From Azolla caroliniana (lineage: Eukaryota; Plantae; Polypodiophyta), in contig JBHGNT010000001.1 in the NCBI GenBank assembly GCA_043228905.1, positions 30,070,001 through 30,134,000 of the forward strand: a DNA stretch of 64,000 nt, written 5' to 3'. The notes under the pieces were generated by a model, which was not told the DNA's origin, searched no databases, and saw nothing but the letters and a program-made list of their open reading frames with translations. Position numbers and translations under genes: made by a program. This document shows, one piece after another, positions 37,398 through 51,787 of the stretch; position 1 is the first letter of the stretch; each line of letters begins with the position of its first letter.

Positions 37398-40300
37398 TCA
37401 TAAAAGATCCATGAGAGGAGGGTCTATGGACCCCATATTAGAATTAGTTTGTGGAGATCGAATAGGCCGTATGGGATTACGACCCCGACCTTTACCTAAA
37501 CCAGTAGGTGGAGGGGCAAGCTTTCTAGGTTGAACTTCAGAATGAGTTGTTCCTTGAGGTGCGAAAAATGATGATATATCAATCTCATTCCTCCTACCTC
37601 CAATTGGATTAGTGTTCTTTTCACTCCCATTCATTATAGACAGACCAGATACAGGTAACTGATTCAAACTAGCTGATTTAGATCCCACCATGTTGATTCC
37701 ACCACTCACACTGGAGCGTGGAGGCCAATCTGCAAATGGATCAAACGCATCTATAGATTCTCCTTTTTTATCTTCCATATTTGGTGTCAGCATATTTGTG
37801 GTAGAAGCAATGTTGATAGATTGTGATTTCACTGAAGACTGAGATGTAGGTGGTGGCCACTCAAAGCTTGGGTACAATGTATTAGGTACAGTTGTGCTGC
37901 TTCCACTATGAGAAATTGACACACCCTTCGAGAGGACCACGTTGTCTGCAGGATTTTCCTTTGTTGGTATAACAGATCCTGTACTACTATTGGCAATTGA
38001 ACTCCAATCATCTGCACCCCAAGAGGCTTTCACCGATACTGGACCACCTTTCACCGTCGAATTCCATGTTTGACTATCCCATGTGCTATTCCCTTTAATT
38101 TCAGAAGATGATCCCATCCCATTTTGTTCACCATCTGATCCCTTTGGCTGGATCCCAATAGGTGGGATAGTATCTCCTTCATTCAGTACCACACCACGTT
38201 TCTCCTCAATTTTCCTAGTTTAAACAGTATTTTAAGCAAATTTTCTGATAAGAATGATTGGGAAAGAAGAAATGATTATAAAGAAAAAACAAACATCCCA
38301 TCATTAATGAGAACGATAATAAATGAAAATTTCAATGCTAAAATGAGCTATGAATAAGTTGGCTCTATTGTTATTTAATTGATATGCTTCAAACAGTGCA
38401 GATGATATTGAATCTACATGGAAAAGGTATCTAAAACATTGAAGCATTATTGGTGTTTATAAATAACTATCTCTTCAATTTGAATGTTCACAAGATAAGT
38501 CACACCTTAGAATCTCTTTAATGAAGAGCATGTATTTCGAAAACTGCTGCAGATTAAGCTGCTGTGCAATGAGTAATGGGGATAAAAGGGGTAACAGATG
38601 CTCAGCAGCAAACTCGACTCCATACTACACAGAAAGATGAGTAAATCAGCAATCTCTGGAATCTTTATTTGCTTTCTGGCTTTGGTAAGAAAATTATAAA
38701 ATAATCCCCAACAATATGTACCTATAACCTCATATTTTAAGTGCATAAGTAAAAACAGTTACCTGTTTGTAGACAACACCAGCTACATTCAGAGTGCACA
38801 TAAGGGTTGGTGCAGAATGATCCACAGCTGTGCATCTTCTTAGAGTCTGAAGAATTTCAGCAATCAAGACTTTATCAAGCCGAGGCACCAATTCTCCGAG
38901 ACATAATAGTGCATTCACCCTCACCTGAATACATGGATAGCCTTTCATTATTCTCCATGAATATGTATACAGTATATGAAAACAAAAACGAATGTCCAAA
39001 TTATTTTTCATGAGTGCTGTACAATAGACAGATGAACAAAAGGGTGTGTCTTGTATAGTGTGTCTTATATGGAAGACTTGAACCCCATGCAACATGGCCC
39101 TAGAGGCTATGCCTAAGCTACTTCACCTCTGATGGCCCTTGGCATGGCATGCCTTCACTTGGAAATATATCATGAGCTAACATCATCTCGAAAGCTCACT
39201 AAAGATTGAAGTTACATCTAGTGTTTATTGATGATCCAAAAACATCCAGTAACTGCAGAAATCTAAGACTTCAAATTTGGCAAGCTAAATTAGAGATCTC
39301 TCCATCTACACATATTTTGTAAATGCCAGGTTTTCGTTGTTTCCTTCACTGAAGAGTTTTCTTTCTGGCTTTCCTTAACATATTATCAGTGACGGATCGT
39401 TTTTTAATTTGGCTTTGATGATGTTTTACAGGAAACTGTCCAGTGCTTCATGAGGCAATAAACCCTGCATTTGCCAATAGCTGGGCGGTCCAAGGAATGC
39501 TAGCAATAGATACTCGTCAGAGGTATAGATTCGGAATCCACGAAGTCACTAGTATACACTTTTTCTACTTTGCATACACACTGAGAATGTCAAATTACAT
39601 GGTGGACAGGCACTAACAAAGTTAACTGATAATGTTTTCCTTCAAGTACAGAAAATCCTTGTCTACTGTCAAAACCAAAATTCAGGAGTGACCTGTTCAA
39701 CCCAAAGTCATCCTTTGTCTCAAATGCAATTGATTGGATCAGAGACCCGTTTTTATTTTTCAAGCAAACAGGCCATATAATGTAGTGCACACGTGAATAA
39801 GCAATTTTGACAGTATAGATGCCTATTATCCACACGTTAATATGTATCTTTCTCTGGCTGATGATTTGGTAGCTTCTGCCATCATATCCATGTCAAAAAA
39901 TTGAGAGAAACCCAACCATGGCTTTGGGCCCATCCAATAGATAGTATTCCATCTCATGTGTACATTATAGTATATCTGTCTATTTCATGCATAAAACTTC
40001 ATAAGGACAGCTTGTATAAAATTACAATATGTTACAGCTCAGAATAAAAAAAGCCTTAATTACCGCGGCCACTGTTGTTTTCAGTGCAAGATTATGGAGC
40101 CGGGGTAAAATAGTTTGAGTCACAACCTAAACATAACAATCATAAACAATAAAATTTTATTAGAAAATTATTGGACAAAAACACCCAATGTACCAATAAT
40201 TCCCTAAGTAGACACCTGAAAATCAAGTTGCTTGGCTAAAGGTAAAGTGCGTCGGAGTACTTCTTCTTGCATCCGTGCATCGGGATCATCATAAGCACGA

Positions 40301-41918
40301 ATAAGCATTGGAACCACAGCTGTTTCAAGTTGATCTGGGTTCGCCTGTTTTCAGAAGTGATAACAGTATAAAAATTTAAAAGAAATCTCAGATATTAAGA
40401 AAGGGGTTGATAAGGAATCACAATTACCTTATTTATGAACAATGATGCATTCTTCACTAGCAACAAAAGACTGTCCCCAGTTGCTGAAGCTAGAACTGGT
40501 GCAAGTGCAGAAAATGTCATGGACTCAAAATCTGGCTTATCCTACATAAAATATACATGTGAGAGATAGGTTTGCCTCATTGGCATTTCTAGCATTAGTC
40601 TCCAGAAGTTCAAATTTACCTGTGATTCAGCAATAGTAAGCACCATAGGTAGAACCATTGGTTGCATTACAACATTTCGCAGCTCTGCACACAGGGGTGG
40701 CAAAACCTAAATGGCAGAAGCATAAGACATCATTAATATAAAATGAGACAGTTATATTAAAATATCTTGTCCATCATTAAAGATAACTCTTTACCTTATA
40801 CCTCAGGACACGAGCATCAAAACTAGTCCACATTCCTGATAATGCCTTCAGGAAATCTGATTTTTGCATGTTATCTCTTTCCTTGAAGAAATGCAAGTTC
40901 AATTAATCAATACGATGCAATCAATCCCTCACTACATTAATTGACATGATATTCCACATGTGTATGTAATTATATGTAACAATGGATTAGTTATGAAAAA
41001 ATTAAGTTAGTCTTATAGAAGGAAAATGAGGTAAGCATCTCTAATGATCTATTCAAAGGTACATATGTGCAGAAGTTTACAACTCAATCATCAAAACAAA
41101 TCAAACTGAATTACATGCAGTGCGAGCTCAATCACTTGTATATGAACCACTAAGTAACCTTATATCGTTTCTCCAAGTAGTGAAGAGAAAATCGATAGAA
41201 CATATTTATATAGCATCGTAAAAGTTATTTAAGCAGTAAGTGGTAAAATATCCTGTATATTATCTGTGAGTTCTATAAGTAGGATTCACACATCAATAGA
41301 CAATCAACAGTAAAATAAAATATACCAGCATGTGATCCAAGAATCTGATAGCTCGTAATCTAGTATCATCCCGAAAGAAGGAGGAACCTGAATTAGACAT
41401 GTGCATTGTAGGAGAATGGTCTGAGTCAATGAAATAATTGAAACACACTTTTTAAGATTCAACTTCATATGTAAATGATGAATGCATTGAGGTGGAGCAT
41501 GTTCATTTTTTAATACTCTCCCACATGGTTGATCCTTTTACGGAGTTTCAATATTCAGACACCATACCTAGTGATAGTGCTAGTTAAAAGTTCTTTAATA
41601 ATAAACCATAGTTATGTGGATGGACCCATAAAATTTTCACTAAAATATTAATTGCTACTACATAAAATTTTATGAAATAAAAATGTTCTTCAGCACCTTC
41701 CTTTGTGCTATTTTGATAAAAGTTTGTTCAATTGCATATAATACATTTATAACCTCAGAGATTACAGTATTCATTATATTAGCAATCACCCTCATAAACA
41801 TTCTATGGTCATTAAAACCTATGCTTTTAAATATAGGATTTATTGAAGAGATGTTGCAAACCATACACATACCAATTTTTCTATAGATAAGAGAGAGAGA
41901 GGGAGAGAGACAGAGAGA

Positions 41919-41982
<64 letters not shown>

Positions 41983-44900
41983 CCATATTCATAGGGTTAT
42001 TATTATAATTAGTGGGCCGAAACCAATATAAAAGAAGTGATCATACATAAGCACGTGTACACAAGTTGCCTGAAATGTGTGTGTATAACCAACCATACAT
42101 GTGGTTCAATTCTTCGCCAAAAATATATTTTTAATTGCTATAGTTATTTCATGCAAAACCAAAAAACACAATGACAGCTTTGACATCCTGCATGCTTCAG
42201 GACGGCATAAAGCATCTCTGAACCTGTGAAATCATACAAACCTGTGAAATCCAAAGCACTTGGGCGTGAGAGCTCATCCATGTTCAGCATGCTATGTAAG
42301 TCATGTACTAACTCAGGAGGAATGTCTGAAAATTTTTCGTTCTTAAGATATGCGACCTTGTTGTTATACTGCCATCAATAACATTCAGCATCTCAGCCTA
42401 AATTATGGGCATTAGCACAACTTAAATTTAAATAGTGACTTTGGCACTTTAAACAAAACATTATCAATGGAATTTAACAAGAAGATGCTCAAAACTGTTT
42501 GTTTACATAACGTCAGACTTTGAAAGACAATATTTCCCTATTGCTGGGTTTCTTACTTGATCTAATTTTTTTAATGTTTCTTTTCCTTGTATTTTAGGCA
42601 TTTTAGGGTTGCATTGTTGGGTTCTTTTTCTCTTCTTTCTATAACGCACAAGTAACCACATCCCTCTCCCTCTCAAGGACCACCAAACCCATGAAAAGCC
42701 TCGAGAAGGTGGATGGACACTTAACAAACTTGAGAAAACACAGTGTGATTTGATAAACTCAAACAAGAAGAACTCCAATACAGTAATTAGTGCCTAACAC
42801 AAAGTTGAATCTCTATTCCTGAAGAAGATAACAAATACATTCAATTTGAATATGAAGCAATGAAGGCGAATATCACCAGAGTACAAAACGAGTGAACTTA
42901 ACCCTAAATCAAGAAAACCAAAGCTGAGTTGAAGAAAGAGTGGGTGGTAGTTAAAGAAGAAGTACGTAGAACTTATCCAAGCCAAAGAAGTGGAATTCAA
43001 GAATCTAGACAATATCAAAGCTGATCTATAGAGAGGTCAGGCTAAAACAGTAAATGAAGGAAGTAAGAATGGAAATCAAAGAAAAGGAGCTGCAAAAAAC
43101 AAAAGGTACAACAACAAGAAATTGGATATGTGCAGAGTAAGCTTGAAGGAGAGCAGATGGGGCATGCAAGGCGACCTAATGTGCAAATCATGGGCCCCCC
43201 CAAGTCACCAAATTCCACACTGAACCAGAAAAACACTATGTACCATGCTCAGGTGTAGCAAGGAAAAACCAACTGCATTCACATCTTGCAATTTCCAAAT
43301 AAACTAGGAAGAATTGCCTCCTCAAAAAGCAAATCATACTACGAGGCTTGCATGGCCCTCATATTTTCCTTAATGATGGCCTGATGAAGCTTCCGTTGAC
43401 CATAGAAAACAATGTATGCCATGAATCATTGAAGAATGCAAGGCAGGCAAGGAGACAGGCTACCAGTATAATTGCCTTGTTATCAACAAGAAGGCCACCG
43501 GATAGGAATTTGTGGCCTGTGGGACAATAGAATCAGAGCTATACATTGCAGTTTGACACTGCAAAGGAGCACCTTGGACACACCCAGGAAGAATAAAACA
43601 GGTCATGGCAGGATGAAATATACTTCTCTTACAGAGACTCAGCAAAGTTTCAACTCTCCTTATTTGCACTTTGAATGCTGATAAGTGCTTTATTAAGATT
43701 TGGCTCCATTGTTTCCGGATAAGTACTTTATTAAGATTTGATTAATTGCAAAGTAGCAAAAATGCTATGGCATTTTGCTTTGGTCATTATCAAACTCTTT
43801 TCATAAATCTTAACCAACATATGTATGACATTTTCAAGAGTACAACTCAAAAGAAACATTGGCTTCTACAGTTAATCAGCAATCAATACTTACGGTTCTC
43901 AAGTTATTTTTGGCATCGATTAATGGCTGTCTAGCCAGTAAATGATAAGCAATGCATCCGAGACTAAAGATATCTACAGATGTTCGAGCAAAAGTGCCAC
44001 TTCTCGTCAGCTCTGGAGCTACATAATTCAGAGAGGGCTGCAACGGCAGGAGCAAATCATCTGAATCATATTCCTGCCAACATTTCAAAAATCGGTTATC
44101 AAAATAGAATCATTCAAGTTCAGGAGCCAGACTATAGATGCTGCCTCAGAATGAGCAAAACAACTCATCAGTATATCTTCCCTTTTACATATATCAAATA
44201 AGAAACAATATATTAATATGAAAATTTTACATAAAAGAAAGATTTTATTAATATCTAGGAAGGCCATATCTGTCTATAGACAAACAACATTTACAAAATG
44301 TCTATTGAGGATCTAAACTATATCTTCTACATATGATAGCATCTACCGTATAATGTCTGCACATCTGTCTCCAGAGAAGAGATAAGCAACTTCGCAAAAT
44401 ACAGACCAATTTGCATAGTGAGAATTGCGAGCCCAGATTATTTGCTCAAATTGCATAGTTGGGCATCATACTGAGCCCATGATGCTCTAACAAAGTACAC
44501 ATCTATCGTTATCTCTATGTAGCTCAGGACTTTTGAAGGTCTCTGGATCAGCTACTGTAAAGATGTCAGCAATAGCATATAGCAACAATAGAATGTGTTG
44601 CTTCAGCAATTAGAGGCAGATGGAAATACGATGATGGTGCGGATGCATCTGCCATTGACAAAGAGCAGTAGGATCTATGGGGGCCAATCAATGTGTCATT
44701 TCGGCAGATATGGGTGAATGGGATTATATTGATGATCCATCTACCATAGGCACAGAGCAGTAGCTAGCAACATTACAAACAGTTTGTCTGGGGCTGCCTC
44801 TAATGTATGAGCAACACAGCAGTAATTTCTGCAACTTTGATGTGTCAACAACAGAGATCACCTTGAAAATGACAAACAAAAACCCTCACATTGCTTTTTT

Positions 44901-46638
44901 CTCAGATTTCTACCTCCACCTGAAGACACGGGTAATCATGAGGAGAATAACAGAGTCCTTTCATTCATGTCCCACTTTTGAGTTGCGTAATCACTATTTT
45001 GGTCTCTTTATAGAAATAGAAATCCAAAGCACACATACACCAATTACTATAAGATATACATACACGTCAGCAAACAAAGTGCAATGAACATTTCATTTTG
45101 CTCAATAATAAATACTCATGAAAAGACTTGTTTCTCACTGGGTAATGAAATGCTGGTCCAGTGCTCTGTGAATCCACAGCATTTTGATCCAAAATTATAG
45201 AGAAACCAAAACCACCAAGTTTCCATGCACCAGAGGATGTTATACAAATTGTCTGCATACAAAATAGGAATGTGTATTTTAGTAAAATCATTTCAAAATA
45301 TATATTTCTCATGCAACAAAACAAAATTCTGAACAGCTTGCTGGCGAATGTGAATTTATGTATCTTAAAAATGTTATGAGACCTCCATATTGCCTACAGA
45401 CCAAATTGCAAAAAAATGTCACTCCAAGGTTGGGAAACAATAGCTTATGATTATACTAAGCAAGCACATTCAAATTCTTTATAGCATCACATTATGTTTT
45501 CTACCCTTCCCAAAAATGCCTATAATAACAAAGATAATAGGTCCTCAAGATAGAAAATAATAGGAGGAAGGCTTGGCCTACTAGTATTTCTATCTCAAAA
45601 AAAAACTAAAACCTGCACATGGAAAAGTTTGGATTAAGTTATAGTAATGCAGTGTATCAGACCTTTAGCACAAATCTAAGGCAGAAGTTTCAGCAATGTC
45701 AGCAGGTTGCAGTTACACCTACCTCGGGAGATAAAGCACGATGAATAAGGCGTGCATTATTATGCAGAAAGCTGAATGTCTCTGCCAGTTGTAAAAGCCC
45801 ATGCTTTATTTCGAGTTGTCCTAATTCCTGCGTGAAAACAACTCAAACACTCAGTATACATTTCAGTAAAATATATGGCATGTCACTCATAGAACCAAAA
45901 AAAATCGAGTTGATTAATTAGGATAAAAACTCCAGCAAAAATTATCAATAAACTATATATATTTTGTAAAACCAGAAACTCTAACCAAAATATATGGAAG
46001 TTGCATACAAAAATACTACAATATATTACTACACTTTTGTCTCTCTTGTAACATTTCCATCTATTACACGACATTCTAAATTTCTCTCGACTTTTCCTTT
46101 TTCCCCCATTTCTCATTATTATACTTCTCTTGCAATTGTGTCTTGTGATTATTTGGGAACTCAATCTAAGCACTCTACTCCAGTAATAAAGACTCACATG
46201 ATCACAGTTGGTGAGTGCTGCACCTATAAAAAAAATGACGGAAAATATTACAGGTAAGGGCAATGACGCCATCAAAAAGTATAGCTTATCCTTTGTTTAC
46301 ATTGTCAAGATACATGGCACCAAAAGCCAGGGGGTGAATGATCTAACTGATGCAAAGATGATTTGCACAATGGCAGAAAAACAAGCTTTCAAACCTTCAT
46401 GTATTTTTGCCATACATGAATAAAAGACAGGATGGTTGTTGTCAAATAAGAACATCATATGATGCCATTATTTTGCTTTACATCTCTAACACTTTTATTT
46501 GCCCTAAGAATCTAAAGGGAATTTAGATCCTACTATGAATGAAGAGTAGTCAAGGATAGTCACCATTCTCTTGTCACAGGGATTGGTTGGAAGGAAAAAA
46601 TAGATCTTTGTTTCTGTTTTTCTTTCCATTTTCGAGTC

Positions 46639-46676
<38 letters not shown>

Positions 46677-49493
46677 TTTGCTCTAATATTGGGAATATAT
46701 ATAGCCTTTTCTGTTTAAAGAGTATGAGAATATATATAAGAGATATCCTAATACGCAGGCTTTTTAAATTATATGAAAGTTAAAAATATACGGAATTGGA
46801 GACATTCAGATGTCAAAACATTCTCACTAACAAAAAAACAACAATTTGGAAATTATATCAATATTTAGTCAGCATATTCCAATAGACCTAAAAAGATACA
46901 ATCGCAATCTCACACTTAAGCATTGCTTCACAGGGAGTTTAGGGAGATACGAAAAGTTTTTTAAGGCTCCCAAAGTTCCAAAAGATTACAAAGCATTGCT
47001 AGCTAGAAACTCTCAAAAACAAGGGAAACAAGGGATAAAGAAATGAAAACAAAAACAAGCACATGCAAGCAGCACAAAACTTTCTATTATCAATATTTAA
47101 CCTTGAATCACTTACCAAGCCCTTGAGACCTTTGGGATAGTTGGCAATGTTATCAAGATGGCCAAGAACATTTGCGACAGAAGCAAAGATTGGCTCTGTG
47201 ACCACTGTCATCGCTGCTTTATTCTCTTCAAGTCCCTGCACAACATGTATGACTCCTGGATGCCTCAACTTCACCATCTGCATAATATCAGCCCTAATAA
47301 TATCCAGAAAAGAATCTTCGGCAGCTTTTGAGAGTCCTGCCCTCTGCCTCATCTCTGTCAATGATTTCTTGTCAAGAAACCAAACGCAAACATCTTGGTT
47401 ATGTGCAGCCGATCTGTTCCTATGCTTAGCTGCATAGAGTTTCCACACCAGACCAGGGCCTCCAGACCCTACCTGTTATGAGCATATACATAACTGAGAG
47501 ATTAGAAATTCATGAAGGTAAGATTAATCATATAGGTTGATCGCAAGCATAATATGCACTTGTACTATTCAGAATCACATTTACGTTATGAAATTGAAGG
47601 TTCAGATACATCCAATTTTTAAAATAAAAACTTCAAATAGTGAGATGTCTGGTAATATATAATCTCAACAAATTTAGACGATAGTTTGTTACTTCTTATC
47701 TTATGTCAGCTGAAGTTCAGATGGCTAAGGTCAGGAAATAGACCTCCTTAGATTTTGCAGGTAATCAAACAAGTTCAAAAAAATTCCAAACTTAATCAAA
47801 AATATATATATTATAAATAGCTCAAATTAATTCTTAATATTGACACTCCAAATGAAATTCTGGAAACATAATATTAGTCAAGGAGCCATATTTCAGCTAT
47901 TATAACGTCCAAATAACTCCCATCTATTGCTCTGCAACCATCACTATCAAATCCATATTCATGACTCTCTACAATGAAGCAAGTCCAGTATAAATGCATC
48001 ATCTACTAGGTTGCCATAATGGGGCTGGGATAGATAGTTGAGAGAAGCAGCCGTAGAACAGGCAGATAGTAGTGGGCGCTTAGAGGTATCATAGAAAAAC
48101 ACAGCAGAATAAAGAGGAAACCTCACCAGAGAAAGCGCAGAAGGATATATTAGGAATCGTAAGAAAAAAAGAATGATTATTTGTACAGAGTTTGGATGCA
48201 GCCATGATGCAACCTGGAATAGGGGATAATATTCATGATAATAATAACCTTGATCAATCATCTGCATTGAAGTACACTTAAATGCCAGCGGATGTAGTAT
48301 GGGATGCGTACATGTCTGTAATTGTATAATGGGCTTCAGCTCAGAAGTTAATGTTAATGGTAGTCACACCTTGATCAATCATTTGTGTTTTGCACACAGG
48401 AAACCCAGGAGACATTAATGACAACAGCAGCGTGATCAATAATTCGTGTTTCACACAATGGAACCCAGGTACATGAGATATCATGCCTCTTGTCATGGTA
48501 TGGAATGCACCCTTCTCACACTCAGGGGAGTGAACAGTTGGGTAGTGACTTGGGTTGGATTCAGCACAAGGGGTGGAGCAATTTGGCAACCACAGTTCAT
48601 TTGTGCTAACTAATCCAACATAATAGACATTTGGTAAAAATATATATTTATATTTATTCAGACCAGCTTCCACCCAATATAAATTCCAACTCCACGTGAG
48701 TTATCTACTAGGTGGATATTGCTGAATGGCAGGACTTGACTGGCCAGACAACACCAATAGCCCAGTACTTGACTGATTATAATATGTACATTTGTGGACA
48801 CTTTCATTAGGTTTATTTAAATCAACTTTCACTCACTTTGAAGTTCAAACGTGCCCCGCTAATAAGGCATTTGTTGAATATAAGGCATTCTGGATGAGTG
48901 CAAATCCAGACTTAACACCAGCCTTGCATGCATGTGAGTGTGAATCGAGCCATAAAAATCTAACCTTCTACGTGAATTATATTAATTTATGAATGTTTAC
49001 TAGAAGTGAGTGTGAATCCAACCATAAAAAGCTAGTTTTCTACTTGTACTAGATTAATTAATCGTGTTTATTATGGATGAGTGTGAATCCAGCGACAAAA
49101 ATCAGACTTCTACATAAATTAAGTTGATTAAACACGTTTATCCGTTGGTTAGAATAACCATAATCCCAACTCTAATTTAAACCTGAGCCTAATCCGAAAT
49201 GCTTAAAACATACCTAGCCCTAACCTTAATCTCAAATGCTTATGATAGAACTTAACCTTGAATTATATAAGATACCTTCCTCCAATCCTAAATTCGATAA
49301 TAAAAAAACTCACCCTGGCCCAAACCATAAACGTTTATAAAATACATAATTTTGACCTTACCTGTTCTTGGAGCTCATAATCTTGAAGTGCCTTGGGTCC
49401 TGTGACTTCGTGGACTGTGCTTTGAACTGTTTGTTCGATCACCGCAGCTGTCTTGGCGAGAGCCTGTGTTAAGCTCTTCATGTTGAGAGCCAT
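37398..49493 (-). CDS. SCYL2: SCY1-like pseudokinase 2 (clathrin-associated); 15 exons: 49362..49493, 47116..47472, 45723..45827, 45139..45252, 43894..44073, 42242..42368, 41326..41387, 40795..40881, 40620..40706, 40428..40541, 40216..40344, 40064..40126, 38763..38924, 38506..38624, 37398..38214; ~884 aa
   Basis: N-terminus [24 protein letters not shown]...[10 protein letters not shown] matches plant SCYL2. Kinase-like segments ([35 protein letters not shown]), HEAT-repeat region, C-terminal DPFADWPPR...PPLMDLL. All exons are flanked by GT/AG and sum in frame (2655 nt). Confidence 0.93.
41889..41981. repeat. Compound (GA)n-(GT)n microsatellite in a SCYL2 intron
   Basis: Seen directly. Confidence 0.95.
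48930..49130. repeat. ~70-bp degenerate tandem repeat (3 copies) in SCYL2 intron 1
   Basis: GAGTGTGAATC(C/G)A.C.A.AAAAA....TTCTAC recurs at ~48936, ~49008 and ~49078. Confidence 0.75.
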
Positions 49494-49957
49494 GGAGGAC
49501 GTGAGCTTTTTCTTCCTCTTTCTTTTCTTCGCTTGTCAAATGTGGCAGATCTGTTCATGGATAGAGGAACTCATTGCGATACGAAGATCGATCCGCTGTC
49601 ACTCCATTCGCTGAGAGATCTAGATCGGAAACCGCAGACAAAACAACGACGGAGGGAGAGGGAGGGAGAGAGAGGGGGAGAGAGTTTATGCAAGAAACAA
49701 AGATTATAATTTCTTCTGTATTTTTGTGTTTTTGTGCTCATGTATTCCGTTTATTCTATATTTATGTTTTTTCTATTTACACCAAGATACTCTACCAAGC
49801 CATATGCTAGGATTGGAGTGGAGGGATTCCTCGATAGTGGGGGCTACTTTGGCAAGAGTAATCCTCGGGGCGCCAAGCATCATGTCCACCCCCCTTCTGG
49901 TGACACCTGACGTGAAGAGCACTCGTGATACACCTAGGTTGATTGTTATTTATTTAT

Positions 49958-50253
49958 GGGAAAAGTACCAGTATACCCCTAGAAGTTCGTCTATTTACCA
50001 GAATGCCCCCGGAAGTTCCAAATTTACCAAACTACCCCTGTGTCCAAAAAATTACACTTTATAAAGTAATTATACACTCAAATCTTTGGTACACATTTCT
50101 TCCATCTTTGGTAAAAAGGGCTTATAGATTTGAGTGTATACTTACTTTATAAAGTGTAATTTTTTGGACATAGGGGTAGTATGGTAAATTTGGAACTTTC
50201 AGGGGCATTTTGGTAAATAGACGAACTTCCAGGGGTATCCTAGTACTTTTCCC
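49958..50253. mobile_element. Mutator-type foldback MITE (296 bp, almost entirely TIR)
   Basis: ~128-bp arms GGGAAAAGTACCAG...CACTCAAATCT (49958-50085) and its near-perfect reverse complement (50126-50253). 9-bp TSD TTTATTTAT on both sides. Confidence 0.93.
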
Positions 50254-50267
50254 TTTATTTATTTATA

Positions 50268-51778
50268 GGGAAAAGTACCAGGATACCCCTGGAAGTTCGT
50301 TTATTTACTAGAATGCCCCTGAAAGTTCAAACTACCCCTATGTCCAAAAAAATATACTTTATAAAATAATTATACACTCAAATCTACAAAGCCCTGCTTA
50401 CAAGTTACTAGAATACCCTTCAAACACAAATTTCTTTTTACCAACCCCCCCCCCCCACCTAGAGAGAGAGAGAGAGAGGAAAAGAACACCTGGAGAGAGA
50501 ACAAAATTACACAAATTGAGAACAAAATCCTACTCACCACTTAATTATCGATAGGCCTTTCGTTTTTATCAATCATAGAATCTATTGGTTCATGTTGTTT
50601 TTACATCAAATTTGAATTGAAAAACAGTGTTGTTGTTGTCATTAGAGAGTTAAATAAAAGCGAGGTAAAGCGGTAAAAAACTATACTGATTATGCCCTTA
50701 GAGACCCTAATCCGGGTGTTTTTGATTGGGTCATTACGGGATACCATATAGGTAATTAGGCACAACCATTGGGTCATTAGAGATGCTATTTGGATTAATC
50801 AGGATGTTAATACGAGTATTTGGAGATTTTGATTAGGTGGGTACATAATGGGTTTTCAGAGATACTGATAGGGTCAATTAAAAGGATGTTTTCGGTAATT
50901 AGATCTTCATATTGGGTTATTTAAGAGGCTATTATGGTAATTAATGATGTTGATCGAGTCATTAAGGATGTTAATCACTGCTAATTAATTTCATCCATCT
51001 GAACTACACACCTCAGCTAGCTAACGATTTTGGTATGCGAATTCATCTCAAGCTGAATCACAGTAGTGTCTGCACTCATATTCTCTTCAAAACTTATTTC
51101 TTGGCTCCAAAACGTTATGCGTTTACAGGCCATAACTACTATTTTTTTTATTTACGAACTTCAATCCCATTGGATATGGCTTCGACCAGACTTACTCATC
51201 TCTCCATGGCCATTAGTCGAGGAGTGTGTGTAAAGAAATCATCAGAAAACAAAAATGATTCATCAGTAGATGATTCCTACATAATCGAAAGAGGCAAATG
51301 ACACCATGGATTCATGGCCCAAAAGGCAGGAGCTGATTGAAAACTGAAGGTGGATAAGAGGCAGAGCAGAGCGCTGGGGGCAGTGGAAGGACAGGAAGCA
51401 GAAGAAGGCGAAGAAGAGAAGGAAATCGGTATAATTAGTATTGTTAATCTTGCATATAATCAAGGAAACGCATGAGCTACCATAGTCGTGGCACTTCCTG
51501 CGAAACGTTGTCGAGCCTTAGCTTCCGCCATCGTCGATCTCCCACCATATCCACGAAGAATCAAGCTGGCTCTTCTTGTCGGGCCATAGAAACAGCAGCC
51601 TGACAATCCGATCGACGAACGCCAAGGGTATTCTGGTAAACAGGGCTTGTACATTTGAGTGTATAATTACTTTATAAAGTGTATTTTTTTGGATATAGGG
51701 GTACTTTGGTAAATTTGAAACTTCTAGGGGCATTCTGGTAAATAGACAAACTTACAGGGGTATCCTGGTACTTTTCCC
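50268..51778. mobile_element. Non-autonomous MULE / Pack-MULE-like element (1511 bp) with the same TIR family
   Basis: TIRs begin GGGAAAAGTACCAGGATACCCCTG and end CAGGGGTATCCTGGTACTTTTCCC. 9-bp TSD TTATTTATA at 50259-50267 and 51779-51787. No transposase ORF inside. Confidence 0.92.
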
Positions 51779-51787
51779 TTATTTATA

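Noticed and set aside
47959-48673. ORFs of 102 and 110 aa in SCYL2 intron 1 as a nested gene or organellar insertion
   Set aside because: No recognisable homology; they share a short duplicated segment, suggesting repeat-derived sequence.
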